This document shows, in pieces, positions 1 through 12,784 of a DNA stretch of 52,491 nt (the stretch's first letter is position 1; each line of letters opens with the position of its first letter). A model generated the notes under the pieces. That model was given only the letters and a program-made list of their open reading frames with translations. It was not told the DNA's origin and did no database searches. Source of the DNA: Octopus bimaculoides (lineage: Eukaryota); NCBI RefSeq assembly GCF_001194135.2, contig NC_068990.1:46430639-46483129 (forward strand), in the 5' to 3' direction. The position numbers and the translations under genes are program-made.

Positions 1-309
1 CAAAAGGATACAGGTAATACCGAGTAAGTGCTGTATACCGACTAGTTTTGCCCCAGTCGTTGTATGGACAGGATTGGGGATTATAAGTCGTGCATTAGCG
101 TGTGCATATATAAATATATAAAGGATAAAGCAACTATTTCCGGATTATTCCCACAAGGATTACTTTACACGGATACTTACTACTGGAATGAAACTACACT
201 CCAAGTACTGTTCTCTCTTTCTTTCTTTTTTCAGCACATCACACTCACTATCACTTCATACTAAAACTCTCCGCCTATGGATATAATAATCGATTCCTTT
301 ACCATTTCT

Positions 310-358
310 GTCTCCGATGAAGGGAAGTACTGGAACTTCCCAGAAACAGCTGTAAGAC
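310..358 (+). ncRNA. Type I hammerhead-ribozyme-like motif (U4C variant) in a Penelope-like fragment
   Basis: GTCT-CCGATGA-a-GGGAAG..CTTCCC-a-GAA-ACAGCTGT-A-AGAC. Stems I, II and III all pair; GUA triplet. Confidence 0.65.
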
Positions 359-1246
359 TCTATCCATAAAATATATTTCCAACCTTACCATTGCTCTCTT
401 NNNNNNNNNNNNNNNNNNNNNNNNNNNNNNNNNNNNNNNNNNNNNNNNNNNNNNNNNNNNNNNNNNNNNNNNNNNNNNNNNNNNNNNNNNNNNNNNNNNN
501 NNNNNNNNNNNNNNNNNNNNNNNNNNNNNNNNNNNNNNNNNNNNNNNNNNNNNNNNNNNNNNNNNNNNNNNNNNNNNNNNNNNNNNNNNNNNNNNNNNNN
601 NNNNNNNNNNNNNNNNNNNNNNNNNNNNNNNNNNNNNNNNNNNNNNNNNNNNNNNNNNNNNNNNNNNNNNNNNNNNNNNNNNNNNNNNNNNNNNNNNNNN
701 NNNNNNNNNNNNNNNNNNNNNNNNNNNNNNNNNNNNNNNNNNNNNNNNNNNNNNNNNNNNNNNNNNNNNNNNNNNNNNNNNNNNNNNNNNNNNNNNNNNN
801 NNNNNNNNNNNNNNNNNNNNNNNNNNNNNNNNNNNNNNNNNNNNNNNNNNNNNNNNNNNNNNNNNNNNNNNNNNNNNNNNNNNNNNNNNNNNNNNNNNNN
901 NNNNNNNNNNNNNNNNNNNNNNNNNNNNNNNNNNNNNNNNNNNNNNNNNNNNNNNNNNNNNNNNNNNNNNNNNNNNNNNNNNNNNNNNNNNNNNNNNNNN
1001 NNNNNNNNNNNNNNNNNNNNNNNNNNNNNNNNNNNNNNNNNNNNNNNNNNNNNNNNNNNNNNNNNNNNNNNNNNNNNNNNNNNNNNNNNNNNNNNNNNNN
1101 NNNNNNNNNNNNNNNNNNNNNNNNNNNNNNNNNNNNNNNNNNNNNNNNNNNNNNNNNNNNNNNNNNNNNNNAACATGAAATATAGCAGCATACCAAAAAC
1201 GTGAGCGGGCAAGACATTTAAAATCACCTAAAAAATCATTATTAAA

Positions 1247-1304
1247 CAGGAACTAGTTTCGGATTTAACAAATTCTTACCATTTGTCTATTCCTCATCAG
1301 CCTG
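1247..1304 (-). ncRNA. Type I hammerhead ribozyme with intact core
   Basis: Minus strand CAGG-CTGATGA-GGA..GACAAAT/ATTTGTT..TCC-GAA-ACTAGT-T-CCTG. All core nucleotides canonical; palindromic stem III. Confidence 0.8.
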
Positions 1305-1545
1305 ATTTGTAATGTACCGCAATCATCAGAATCGTATACAGAGTTGCCCACCGCCATGGGTGTGCGTGCATATGGTTCGGTCTTAATAGACACAAGATGT
1401 GATCTATTTCTAGCGCATTAACTGTCCACGTTAGTGGTCGACGTTATTTTTTAAAATGTACCATAATCCCCTGAGATTGCAGATAATATTTCTGAATCTC
1501 TTTGATTCTTTAGATGCGCTGGCCTCATGACTAATTACCAGATTT

Positions 1546-1577
<32 letters not shown>

Positions 1578-2646
1578 ATGTATGTATATAGTCACATCCA
1601 TGCGTTGGATTTAGGTACCGAATCAATTGAAATTGTTAAATGTGACAGGCAACTAACTCATCCAGTAGGACATTTTCTTGCCATCTGTCCAGAAATTTTC
1701 GGGTAGGTGGGGGGTATATGCTTAAACTTTCCCACTCACTTACTCTGCTATTTTGAATTTCCTTACCGTTGCACACAACTATGATGCTGAAATTCTTTGT
1801 GACTTGGGTTCAAGCAAACACAAGACTTAACGATATTGTTAATATAATTAGGTTTTTATTACTAAGGTTAATTTACCAGCAGTGATATTCAGTCTGTAGT
1901 TCTCTTGACAGTATTTTGATTTGTATTATGACAGTATTTTGATATGATTTGTGTTGAGCAAATCAGGCAGTTAGTTGCATGAAAATATGTCCCTTCTTTA
2001 TTTATTTAAGATGCTATTTTTAGTAGTGCGAGTAACTAAGTGGAAAAATTCTCATTAGCTTGTGCATAGAAATGTACTCCTTGACTAGACAGAAGGAGCA
2101 TCTTTTTGACCTACTAATGTAAGGTTTTGTGAACCAGCTTTCAGATATTTTGGAATAGTGAGGTAGCAACAAATGCATAGAAGGAAAAAGGAAAAGAAAA
2201 ATACAGAAGCTTTAACTTAGGAATAGATTACATTGTCTTTTATCATTTACTTATTTCAGTCAGTCAGTCAGTCATTGGACTGTGGCCGTGCTGGAGCACT
2301 ACCTTGGGAGATTTAGTCAAACAAATCAATCCCAGTACTTATTTTCAAGTCTGGTTACTTATTCTATTTGTCTCTTTTGTTGAACTGCTAAGTTATGCAG
2401 AACATAAAGAAACTAACACTTTGTTGTACATTTTTTCTTGTACTTGTTTCTTCCTCAGACTGTAGCTTTGATGGAACACCACTTTCAGGAGTTCTAATTA
2501 CATTGACCCCAATCAACCTGATTGGGTAATCATTTTATTGATCTCCATTTATAAAATGGTTAAGTCTATATATGTATTCAGCTATGTAGCCTAGTGAGTA
2601 AATTCAAGATAGTTCTTTTTAGTTCACCATTAAAGGTGAATGCATG

Positions 2647-2688
<42 letters not shown>

Positions 2689-3031
2689 GAGGCAAGTTGC
2701 TGCACAGTTTTTGTTTACTAATTTTCATAATATGCCATTCAAATGGATGTGTGTGTGTGAAGCAGTAGAGCACTCAGTAAAGAGAATAAAGATATTTTTA
2801 ACAAAAACCACACAAAGGCCATGTGAAATTAAGTGACGACATAGTTCATATAGAGTTGCTAACCCACCACCATGTTGACATTACCTTCTTGAGGAATACT
2901 CTTTTACTCTTTTACTCTTTTACTTGTTTCAGTCATTTGACTGCGGCCATGCTGGAGCACCGCCTTTAGAGAGAAAGAAATAAATTTAATGCACCAGCCA
3001 GAAATTTCTCATGGCTTTTGTGTTTTCTTTT

Positions 3032-3032
3032 A

Positions 3033-3092
<60 letters not shown>
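3032..3092. repeat. (TG)n microsatellite, one of many (CA/TG, TA, GA/CT, GAT, TACA) tracts
   Basis: Seen directly. Others at 2654-2685, 12730-12807, 27185-27220, 31229-31270, 43726-43770, 50530-50578. Confidence 0.95.
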
Positions 3093-3094
<2 letters not shown>

Positions 3095-4915
3095 AACCAC
3101 ACACAGTAAATAGGTAGATAAATAACCAAAGCTTTATATTTGGAGGATAGTCATATTTTTGTTGTTGTTGTTGTTGTTGTTGCCAATTAACCACATGCAC
3201 TATATACTTGGTCTTCACTCCAGCTTTCATCTTTGTTTAAAGCTTTGGTTTCTGAATAAGCTCTATTGTTTATTTATTTTTTATTTTTGTTTGGTCATTG
3301 CTAGTAAGGGTGAGGGTAAGAAACCTATTCAGCCAGTGTAAGCTATTAATATACTAAAGCTTAAATAAGCAGCAATTGTATCTGAGTGGTAGGAGTGGTA
3401 GTATGATTTTCAAGGCCACTCAGATACAGTGTGCCTGTGTGCATGAGAAAGAGAGAGAGAGAGTGTGTGTGTGTGTGAGTGAGTGTAAGTATTAACTGTC
3501 CTGTATCTGTCATAACAACAAGCTGAATGACTCATTGAAATTTGCAGGCATTGTTATATTTTAGACCATTTTTGTGAATGTATTTATTTACTTTTTTTGT
3601 TTAATTTATACATTTGCATTTCAGATTAATTCTCATAGTTTTTATGCTTTCTTCTAGTTTTTCCCTTGCATAAATTAACTATATGTTCAGCACAATTTTT
3701 TATTTTAATTTTTTTAAATATTGTTTCATGAGGTTCAGTGTCCTGGCATCAGCTTTCTCCATTTCTGCCCATCCCTTCCTTAGTCTTTGTCTTCCACAAG
3801 TTCAGTTTGTTTGGCACTTCTAAAATCCAACCATCATTCTCTATCTGCTTCACATGTCCATACCAGTGGCAGTCTTCTATCTTAAATTCTACATCTAATT
3901 CCTATTGTATCTAGTTTATCTCTCAACTCATTTGTGTTCTGTCATTCATGTACACTCAACTTACACATCCAGCACTGCATGCACCCCTCATTACTCTTCA
4001 GCCTTTGCATATCCTCTGCATTCAATACCAGTATTTTACTCCCATGTAATATGTCTTACAATCTAGAGAGAAGGTAATAGTTCTCGAAATTCTTTCCACC
4101 ATACATGCTATTGTTCTTTAGAATAGAATATACTATATTTTGGAGCAACTACCTCCACTGCTAATTATGTTACCATGATAAACTATAAACTGTTGATTAG
4201 TATGGAGCTTTCTATGCATTTGAATTAATATATTCCACTCAAGGCACAGGCATTGCTGTGTGGTTTAGAAGTGTGTTTCCTAACCATGTGGGTTCAGTCC
4301 CACTGCATGGAATATTGGACAGATGTCTTCTATAGCCCTAGGCCAACCAAAACCTTGTGAATAGGAAAATGGAGAGAAGCCTGTCATACATGTACATATG
4401 TAGGTGTGTGCGTTTGTTGGGAAACAGGTGATAGTTGGCAACAAGAAGGAATTCCAGCCATAGAAAACCTGCCTTAACAAATTCCATCTGACCCAATGCA
4501 CATATGGAAAAGTGGCTGTCAAACGATGATAATGTTCTCTTACTGTTAAGCTATTCCTGCATGAGAAGCTTTTCTATTTTGTTGGCCTACCTGTGAACCC
4601 ATTAAACCTCTTTTACTCTAATAATCTACATAGTTTATGTTATCATCATCATTGTCTTTGTGTTCACTTTTTCATACTCTCACATACATGTGCACATGCA
4701 CACACACACGATAGGCTTCCACATAATCTCAATCTACCAAATTCACTTATACAGCCTGGGAATATAGTGGAAGATACTGGCCCAAGGTGTCACGTAATGG
4801 GACTGAACCCAAAACTGTTTGGTTACATTGCAAACTTCTTAACCATATAACCATGCCTGCTAAAAGTCTGATTGGATTTTTTGAAAAACAAATTTCATTA
4901 GGTATTTTCAAAATA

Positions 4916-6211
4916 ATTTGCTGGTGTCTGAAAAGTCTTGAGCCTCAAAAAAACAAAACATGGTACACGACTTCTGATGATTTATTTTTCAACATAGTCC
5001 CCCTTGATGGCTGAACACTTTCTCCAGCGGTGCTGAAGCGCCATTATCCCAGCGTAGAAGAACTCTTTTGTTTGGGACTCCAAGAAACTTCCTACAGCGT
5101 CTATGACGTCCTTGTCACTGGCAAAATGGCAACCAGCCAGGGCTTTTTACATTTTTGGAAATAGATGAAAGTCAGAGGGGGCTAAGTCTGGCGAATAAGG
5201 CGTATGGGGAACAAGTTCGTATCCACAATCACAAATTGTTGCCATGGCACCACTGAGGTGTGGGCTGGAGCATTGTAATGGTGAAAAAGGACTCCTCTGG
5301 TGAGCATTCCTGGCCTTTTTTCTTTGATTGCTTCCCGAAGGTGTTTCAGTAGCTGAGAATAATACAGCCCTGTCACAGTGTGACCCTTTTCAAGGTAATC
5401 GATCAACAAGACACCTTGGGAATCTCAAAAAACGGATGCCATGACCTTGCCAGCTGACGAAATGACCCTGGCCTTCTTTGGGGTAGGAGAAGATGTGTGC
5501 TTCCACTGCTTTGATTGTTCTTTGGTTTCAGGCTGGTAGTAATGGACCCAACTTTCGTCCATAGTAATGAAACGAGCAAGAAAATTCTCTTCATCAGCTT
5601 CAAACAGTTCCAGATTGCTCATGGACAAAGTGCACCTAGTGCGTTTCTATTCAGGAGTCAAAAGGCGAGGGACCCGCCTTGCGAAAACCTTTGAGAACCC
5701 AAGTTCTTTTGTCACAATGTTGTCTGCTCTTTCAGTTGAGATGCCCAGTCTCTCAGCTATCTGACAACATGATATTCGGCAATCTTGCATTAGCATACCA
5801 AGAGCAAGGTCAAGGTTGTCCTTGGTGGTTGCAGTTGGAGGTCTCCCTGGTCTTGGATCATCTTCCACACTCTCCCTGCCACGCTTGAATTCATTTACCC
5901 AGCGTTTGACTGTTGCATATGAAGGAGCATTGTCTGTTAAGGTTCTCACCATATCTTCATGGATTTCTGATGGAGTCATGCCTTTCAAATGAAGGTACTT
6001 TATGACAGCACAATACTCAGTTTTCTCCATTTTCCTTGTAAATTCGAAGCTTGTTTATTCAAAAATCTGCAACAAAAAAAATTAAAATATCAGAATCATG
6101 AAAATGAGCAAGAATACTCCGAAAAGACTGTACTTACCAGAAAAAATTGTTTCAACTATATAGCAGCCCTGATTCTAGGATAGGCTCAAAATTTTTCAGA
6201 CACCCCTCGTA
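4916..6211 (-). mobile_element. Mariner (Tc1/mariner, DD34D type) transposon relic
   Basis: HTH MEKTEYCAVIKYLHLKGMTPSEIHEDM...RPGRP, ITMDESWVHYY, LFHHYNAPAH (second Asp mutated), PYSPDLAPSDFHLFPK; frameshifts. Degenerate TIRs (ggtgtctgaaaa..gagcct / aggctc..ttttcagacacccctcg-TA). Confidence 0.92.
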
Positions 6212-6529
6212 TATGAATAAATTCTCTCTAAAACAGTTTTTGTTTCATTCAATGTCTTATTAAAATTAGGTTGTTGGGAGTTCTGCATAGAATTTAGGTA
6301 CTAGTACTGCAAGTTTTGGAAAATCAAATAATTGAGTTCTTGTTCATTTTTATACTGATGATTTTTTTTCTTCTATGTTTAACATAGATTAGACATGTTA
6401 TTGTGGCATTATTTTACTGTCAGATACCCTTTTTATTGCTAACCCTTATCTTTTTCAAGTAAGGAAGAGAGAATATATTTGGAAGCTAAGGATTGTTAGC
6501 TCAGATTACATATGTACCCTTTCTGTTGT

Positions 6530-6905
6530 ATCTTTTATCTTTTACTTGTTTCAGACATTAGACTGAGGCCATGCTGGAGCGCTGCCTTTCAAGAATTTTT
6601 AGTTGACTGTATCAACTTAGTTTTTGAAGCCTGGTACTTATTCTATTGGTCTCTTTTGCCAAACTGCTAAGTTATGGGGACATAAACACACTAGCACCGT
6701 TTTGTCAAGTGATGGTGGAGGACAACACACACATACACACATATGGCAGGCTTCTTTCAGTTTCCATCTACCAAATTCATTCACAAGACTTTGTTTGGTT
6801 CAAGGCTTTAGTAGAAGATACTTGCCCAAAGTGCCATGCAATGGGACTGAACCCAGAGCCATGTAATTGAGAAGCAAGGTTCTTACCACGCAACCACACC
6901 TGTAT
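6530..6905 (-). mobile_element. tRNA-derived SINE with CORE-like centre and (TG)n linker
   Basis: Minus strand GGTGTGGTTGCGTGGTAAGAA..GGTTCAGTCCCATTGCATGGCACTTTGGGCAAGTATCTT. Related copies at 4248-4535, 7640-7800, 12800-12965, 23353-23930, 26293-26725, 30385-30750, 38600-38960, 49255-49620 and 50920-51100. Confidence 0.8.
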
Positions 6906-7377
6906 CAATAAAAAATTTGAGTTCACTCCCCACTGTACAGTGTGTTGGTGTAAGTGTCTTCTGTAACTTGTGGTTGATCAATGTTAATTTGTGACTTTAA
7001 TTTAGTAGTTGGAACCAAATTAAACTTTAAAGCATATGCAATATTGACATCTTTTTCAAGGACACAATAAAAAAAAATCAATGAAGTGTGTCATTTGAAA
7101 TTGAAACCAGATGTTGGATTTTGTTTTATAATTGCTTTCTCTCTCTCACTCCTCTCTCTCTTTCCTCTCTCTCTCTCTCTCTCTCTCACACACATGCATG
7201 TGTGGGTCTCTCCTTTTTCTACTTTGTTTTGCAATATCATAATTGTATCTTGTTGCTTTGTTTTCTAACTGATAAGTTACTTTTGGATACAAGCCTGTCT
7301 TAAGTCACTTGTACTCTTATTTTTCCACCTGAAATATTTAATAACCTTCTCTTATGACCCTTTGGACTATTTTTCAG

Positions 7378-7541
7378 TTACCTGCATACTTCTGCCCTTG
7401 TTCATCCATGGAAATGCAGATGTTGATAACTGCAGTATCCGTCAAGTTCTACGCAACAGCGTCAGTGATAAGCTGAGAGTTAGCTGTGATGTCAACGACA
7501 TATGTACAGCTGTACATTGTCAAGGAGTCTTTCTGAAAAAT
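7378..7541 (+). CDS. Exon A (first coding exon found) of an uncharacterised type I membrane protein: end of signal peptide and start of Cys-rich domain
   Basis: Acceptor ttttcag|, phase 1. Reads xTCILLPLFIHGNA-DVDNCSIRQVLRNSVSDKLRVSCDVNDICTAVHCQGVFLKN. Donor AAT|gttggt, phase 0. The start-codon exon upstream was not found. Confidence 0.8.
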
Positions 7542-7802
7542 GTTGGTTCAGTGTTTACGTTTTTTTTATTTTTCCAGTGTAATCCTTCCTAATCAACAAG
7601 AGAATAAATAGTAATAATTTACAGTAAACACTGCATGCATGGCTGTGTGATTAAGAAGTTTGTGTTGCATCAGTGTTGGTCTTAAGTTCAGTATTGTTGA
7701 ACAGTACCTTGGACAAGTGTCTTCTACTATATCCTCAGACCAATCAATTCCTTGTGAGTGAAATTGGTTGATGGAAACTTTGTGGGAGCTTATTGTGTGT
7801 GT

Positions 7803-8035
7803 TATTTCTTTACTACCCACAAGGGGCTACACACAGAGGGGACAAACAATGACAGACAAACGGATTAAGTCGATTATATCGACCCCAGTGCGTAACTGGT
7901 ACTTATTTAATCGACCCCGAAAGGATGAAAGGCAAAGTCGACCTCGGCGGAATTTGAACTCAGAACGTAGCGGCAGACGAAATACCGCTAAGCATTTCGC
8001 CCGGCGTGCTAACGTTTCTGCCAGCTCGCTGCCTT
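7803..8035 (-). mobile_element. tRNA-derived SINE, well preserved
   Basis: Minus strand GGCAGCGAGCTGGCAGAAACGTTAGC..GAGTTCAAATTCCG head, then gaggtcgactttgcctttcatcctttcggggtcga. Related copies at 41635-41830 (+), 38360-38505 (-), 21790-21875 (-), 52075-52115 (+). Confidence 0.85.
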
Positions 8036-8280
8036 ATTGTGTGTGCGTGCGTGCATGCATGCATATGGATATATAAATGTGTATATGACTGAAGTCATTT
8101 CTGCTCCTTTGCAGGAGGTAATCTGAGCCTCCACCTCCTTTGAAAACAACAGTGTTGTTTACATTCTCAGTGAACATTATGTGCACACAAACACACTCAT
8201 GTTTAGGTAGCAGTACTGAGTTCAAATCTCTTCACCCCATTTGGGCAAAACCTGTGATAGACTGGCATTTTTTTATCAAC

Positions 8281-8501
8281 AAAGGGGTGCTAAAAAGTTC
8301 CTGGCTTTTGGGTAAAAGAAAAAAATACAGGAGAATCAGTTAATTATGATTTTATCCAACATATTTCCATTTCAGATTCACATATTTATTGCAGTGGTCC
8401 TTCAGTTTTTGTAAGCCCTGTAAAAAACTCAGAAGGTTGGGCCTCCTTCCAGGCCTTTCGTGAGATCCTTAAAACCAGGAACTTTTCAGCACCCCCTCAT
8501 A
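8281..8501. mobile_element. Mariner-type MITE of about 220 bp
   Basis: TIRs ggggtgctaaaaagttcctgg / ccaggaacttttcagcaccccctca-TA, no ORF. Confidence 0.7.
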
Positions 8502-9077
8502 CAGTGGAGATGTCTTTCAATTGCTCAACACTACATAAATGAGGATAATCTCAGCCATAGCACAAGACATCTCTCTCAGAAAAAGTTGACATATATACAA
8601 ATCTGTGACAAAATAGTCTGCTTTAATAAAATTACTACTCCTTTCTCAGATGCCCCAGATTTACTCTTACCTCCATCCCATTAATTCATACCCCCTCCTG
8701 CCCCTCATCACTTCATACCTCCCCGCTCAATAGTATTGTGCTTCTTAAACCCCCAGAAATAAATGATTGACCATGCAGTCTGAAGAACAGACTACATGAA
8801 ACATGTGTGAGAAGTGTTGCTACAGCATGCTTGTGAGGCATGGATATTGAATGAGATTTGAGAGAAATGAGATGGTCATGACCCAACTTTGCAACCTGTC
8901 TAATGAAGTTAATTGGTTTATAAATGCAGTGACACAAGTGCATGTGTCCATGTTCTCTCTCTCTCTCTCTCTCTCTCACAGATCTTTAGCAGTGAAAATA
9001 AAGTAAAACTTTTAGATAGATCTAATTAATTGTGCCTTAATGATTTTTGTGTTTGAATTGTATTTTTTCTTTTCCAG

Positions 9078-9228
9078 ATATTCTCAACTAAAATCACTAC
9101 CAAACAGAATGATACCATATGTTTTGGCACCATGATCAATCACTGTGATACACCTCTCTCTATGGATGTATACTTACAGTATGATGCCATGAAATACTCT
9201 CTCATGAAGAGACTCTACAACAACTTAA
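9078..9228 (+). CDS. Exon B of the membrane-protein gene
   Basis: Acceptor ttttcttttccag|, phase 0. Open frame IFSTKITTKQNDTICFGTMINHCDTPLSMDVYLQYDAMKYSLMKRLYNNL. Donor A|gtaatt, phase 1. Phase matches exon A. Confidence 0.8.
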
Positions 9229-9261
9229 GTAATTACACTTCAATATTTATTTTGTTGTTAG

Positions 9262-9495
9262 GGTAGTGAGCTGGCAGAATCATTAGCATGCTGGGCAAAA
9301 TACTTTGCAGCACATAAAAAGCACCCATTACACTCTTGGAGTGGTTGGCATTAAGAAGGGCATCCAACCATAGAAACCATGCCAAATCAGATTTGAAACC
9401 TGGTGCAGCTCTCCAGCTTACCAGTTCCAGTCAAATTCTCTAACCCATGCCAGTATGGAAAGCAGATGCTAGATGATGATAATGATAATGATGAT
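9262..9495 (+). mobile_element. SINE with tRNA-like head and RTE-type 3' tail
   Basis: Head agggtagtgagctggcagaatcattagc, then a 3' end matching the RTE UTR (ggagtggttggcattaagaagggcatcc..ccatgccagtatggaaagc..gatgatgat). Similar tails at 13125-13275 and 22540-22700. Confidence 0.7.
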
Positions 9496-10140
9496 TTGAA
9501 GATAGTTTCCTTATTTTTTTTATTGGGACTCAAATGTTTCACAGAATTTTAAATATCATTCTTATCCTACAACGTATCATGTAAAAAGTCTACTTTCTTC
9601 TTTAGTAGCAGCAGTAGCTTCCATTTTGAAAGTGTTAAAGGCATAAAACAAAGCTACTGCATTGTATACAATTCCTGCTATTTCATTGGTTGTTATTCTT
9701 TCTACTGTTTTATCATTGGATTGTATCCATATTAGAGCACTGCCATCAAGAATATTGATTGTATTGACTTCTGTACTTTGTCTAGTTCTTTAATTTGTTG
9801 ACCTCATAGGGTAAAAGTCAATGTTGATTTGGATGTAAAGGGTTGTAACCAGATGGCACCAAATACTATGGTAATTTTACTTGTACTAATTTTGCTACTC
9901 TTCAATATACACAAGCATACCTGAGTTACCCAAGATATTGGTCACTGGAATTGAACCTGAGGCTTTATGGCTACTAAGTGAAATAAATTTGTGTATATAT
10001 AATTGGTTAAAACAATTGTTTTGAGCATCGTATGAATGATGATGGGTGTATCCTGACCATTGAAACAGCTGTTGAGTAGAATTAAATTATGAATCATTTG
10101 TGAAATTTTTGCTTTTTTTACAATTTCATACATGCATTCA

Positions 10141-11255
10141 CTTATCATCATCATCATCATCATCGTTTAACGTCCGCTTTCCATGCTAGCATGGGTTGGA
10201 CGATTTGACTGAGGACTGGTGAAACCGGATGGCAACACCAGGCTCCAGTCTAATTTGGCAGAGTTTCTACAGCTGGATGCCCTTCCTAACGCCAACCACT
10301 CAGAGTGTGTAGTGGGTGCTTTTACGTGTCACCCGCACGAAAACGGCCACGCTCGAAATGGTGTCTTTTATGTGCCACCCGCNNNNNNNNNNNNNNNNNN
10401 NNNNNNNNNNNNNNNNNNNNNNNNNNNNNNNNNNNNNNNNNNNNNNNNNNNNNNNNNNNNNNNNNNNNNNNNNNNNNNNNNNNNNNNNNNNNNNNNNNNN
10501 NNNNNNNNNNNNNNNNNNNNNNNNNNNNNNNNNNNNNNNNNNNNNNNNNNNNNNNNNNNNNNNNNNNNNNNNNNNNNNNNNNNNNNNNNNNNNNNNNNNN
10601 NNNNNNNNNNNNNNNNNNNNNNNNNNNNNNNNNNNNNNNNNNNNNNNNNNNNNNNNNNNNNNNNNNNNNNNNNNNNNNNNNNNNNNNNNNNNNNNNNNNN
10701 NNNNNNNNNNNNNNNNNNNNNNNNNNNNNNNNNNNNNNNNNNNNNNNNNNNNNNNNNNNNNNNNNNNNNNNNNNNNNNNNNNNNNNNNNNNNNNNNNNNN
10801 NNNNNNNNNNNNNNNNNNNNNNNNNNNNNNNNNNNNNNNNNNNNNNNNNNNNNNNNNNNNNNNNNNNNNNNNNNNNNNNNNNNNNNNNNNNNNNNNNNNN
10901 NNNNNNNNNNNNNNNNNNNNNNNNNNNNNNNNNNNNNNNNNNNNNNNNNNNNNNNNNNNNNNNNNNNNNNNNNNNNNNNNNNNNNNNNNNNNNNNNNNNN
11001 NNNNNNNNNNNNNNNNNNNNNNNNNNNNNNNNNNNNNNNNNNNNNNNNNNNNNNNNNNNNNNNNNNNNNNNNNNNNNNNNNNNNNNNNNNNNNNNNNNNN
11101 NNNNNNNNNNNNNNNNNNNNNNNNNNNNNNNTATTGCACCTGAACATCTGCCACAAACAAAAACTAACTTGCTAGTTAACCTGCCTTTGATGTTGCTGCA
11201 CCTCTTATGTGTCCATACCTTGCACCGAGTACATCTTATAGAGTTACTACCTACT
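10141..11255 (-). mobile_element. 5'-truncated RTE-clade LINE spanning an assembly gap
   Basis: (CAT)n tail plus 3' UTR (cgtttaacgtccgctttccatgctagcatgggttggacg) left of the gap. Right of the gap is the reverse complement of the PHD region of the 18889 copy. Confidence 0.85.
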
Positions 11256-11293
11256 CCTATATATATATATATTTCTTTTTTTTTTTTTTACAG

Positions 11294-11364
11294 CTGTGAT
11301 AATATATCAGAATATATATCTGTTTATAGAATTGTCACATGATAAAGATGTTGTACCCCATAAG
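11294..11364 (+). CDS. Exon C of the membrane-protein gene
   Basis: Poly-T tract plus acag|, phase 1. Reads TVIIYQNIYLFIELSHDKDVVPHK. Perfect donor AAG|gtaagt, phase 0. Supplies exactly the phase 1-to-0 bridge needed between exons B and D. Confidence 0.8.
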
Positions 11365-12212
11365 GTAAGTGTAGTAATTTCTACTTGTGGATATTTGATG
11401 ATCTCCTAAATACATGTATCGTACAGGTGTTGTGTGTCACTGAGGGTTAAGTATAAAGTAGTCCTGTGACATCTCCATTTCCAATGGAGACACCACCGGA
11501 CATCTTTGCCTGCATGGAATCAGTAACAGTTCTTCCACAATTGTGTTAAACACATGTTATCTGTGGTGGATGATGGAAAATATGATATCATTAACATCAT
11601 CATCATCGTTCTAATGTCCACTTTTCCTTGCTTGCATGGGTCAGATAGAATTTGTTGAGGTAGATTTTCTATGGCTGGGTGATCTCGTGTGTTTCCAAGC
11701 AGAGTAATATTTCCTCAAGACCAGATATATTTCAACAAAATATTGGAAAGGAAAGAGGGATACCACTTTCATGATGGTGACACTTCATTTACAACTAATA
11801 CATCATGTCATGGTAAGGAGACAATAACACAACACTTGCACACACACACACACATCCATCCATTCATAAATATGCATACATACCTGCAGCTGCAGTAGAA
11901 GACACTTGCTGAAGATGCCATGCTGTGGGACTGAACTCAGAACCATGTGGTTGGGTAGCAAACTACTTAGCACACAACCACATGTACACCGATGTAATGT
12001 CTTTTTTTTCTCTTTTTGTTTTTTAGTTATGAATCAACTCTGCTTCTACCTCTCTTTCTCAATCAGTGTGATCCACCATCAGACAATTATGAAACTGAAT
12101 TATTAATTTTGTTGTTACCTAAAGGATTGCTTTGAATGAGAGACATCAAACTAATACATCTGCTTGTTGTTCCCTCACTTGTCTTCATCTTTTGTTTTCT
12201 GTAAATTCAAAC

Positions 12213-12244
<32 letters not shown>

Positions 12245-12359
12245 AATTGTCATTGACACAAGTTTATATCATTTGTTCTTATTTATATTTCACTGTTGTG
12301 GTTGTTTGGGACTTAGGTTTTGGCTGTTCCAATTGCAGTTGGAAGCTTAACCACTTTAG

Positions 12360-12610
12360 CAGATGTTGTGTGCAAGAGAGAAGACTTCACTAGTTTGGTT
12401 GTGTGACATATATGGATGAGAACAGTTCTGTAAAGATGTGTTGAACTCTAATTGTGGAGGTAACCTGTGGAAGGGGTAGACCCAGGAAGATGTTGGACAA
12501 GGTGGTGAAAAAGGATCTTCAGATGCTGGGCCACACTGAAGAAATGACAAGGGATTGGCTGATGTGGTGATTTGCTGTGCTTGATAAGATGTGTGAAGCT
12601 AAGTAAAATT
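12360..12610 (+). mobile_element. Degenerate RTE 3' ORF fragment
   Basis: Similar to 19780-20020 (gtgtgcaagagagaagact...ggtagacccaggaagatg...). Confidence 0.65.
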
Positions 12611-12727
12611 GCTGTCTTCAATACTTGCAGGCTTGTTCTTTCAGGTGCTGGTGCTGTGTAAATGCATCTGTGCCAGTGTTGCATTTCAACACTGTATGGA
12701 CTGGACCAAAGGCCGGGAAGCCCGCTA

Positions 12728-12784
<57 letters not shown>

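Noticed and set aside
360-1227. Long ORFs of 260-345 aa here and at 10219-11342, 25891-26161, 35184-35665, 49921-50304
   Set aside because: They run through N-gaps (401-1171, 10383-11131, 25955-26139, 35248-35513, 50014-50219); length is an artefact.
1347-1421. Vertebrate-style Kozak context CCACCGCCATGG as first exon of the membrane-protein gene
   Set aside because: Frame closes after 21 codons, phase-1 donors are weak (G|gtgtgc, G|gttcgg), and it lies next to a hammerhead-bearing repeat fragment. First exon left unassigned.
2594-3341. Short ORFs rich in HT, QQ, LS, IY, CV dipeptides here and throughout
   Set aside because: Translations of microsatellites.
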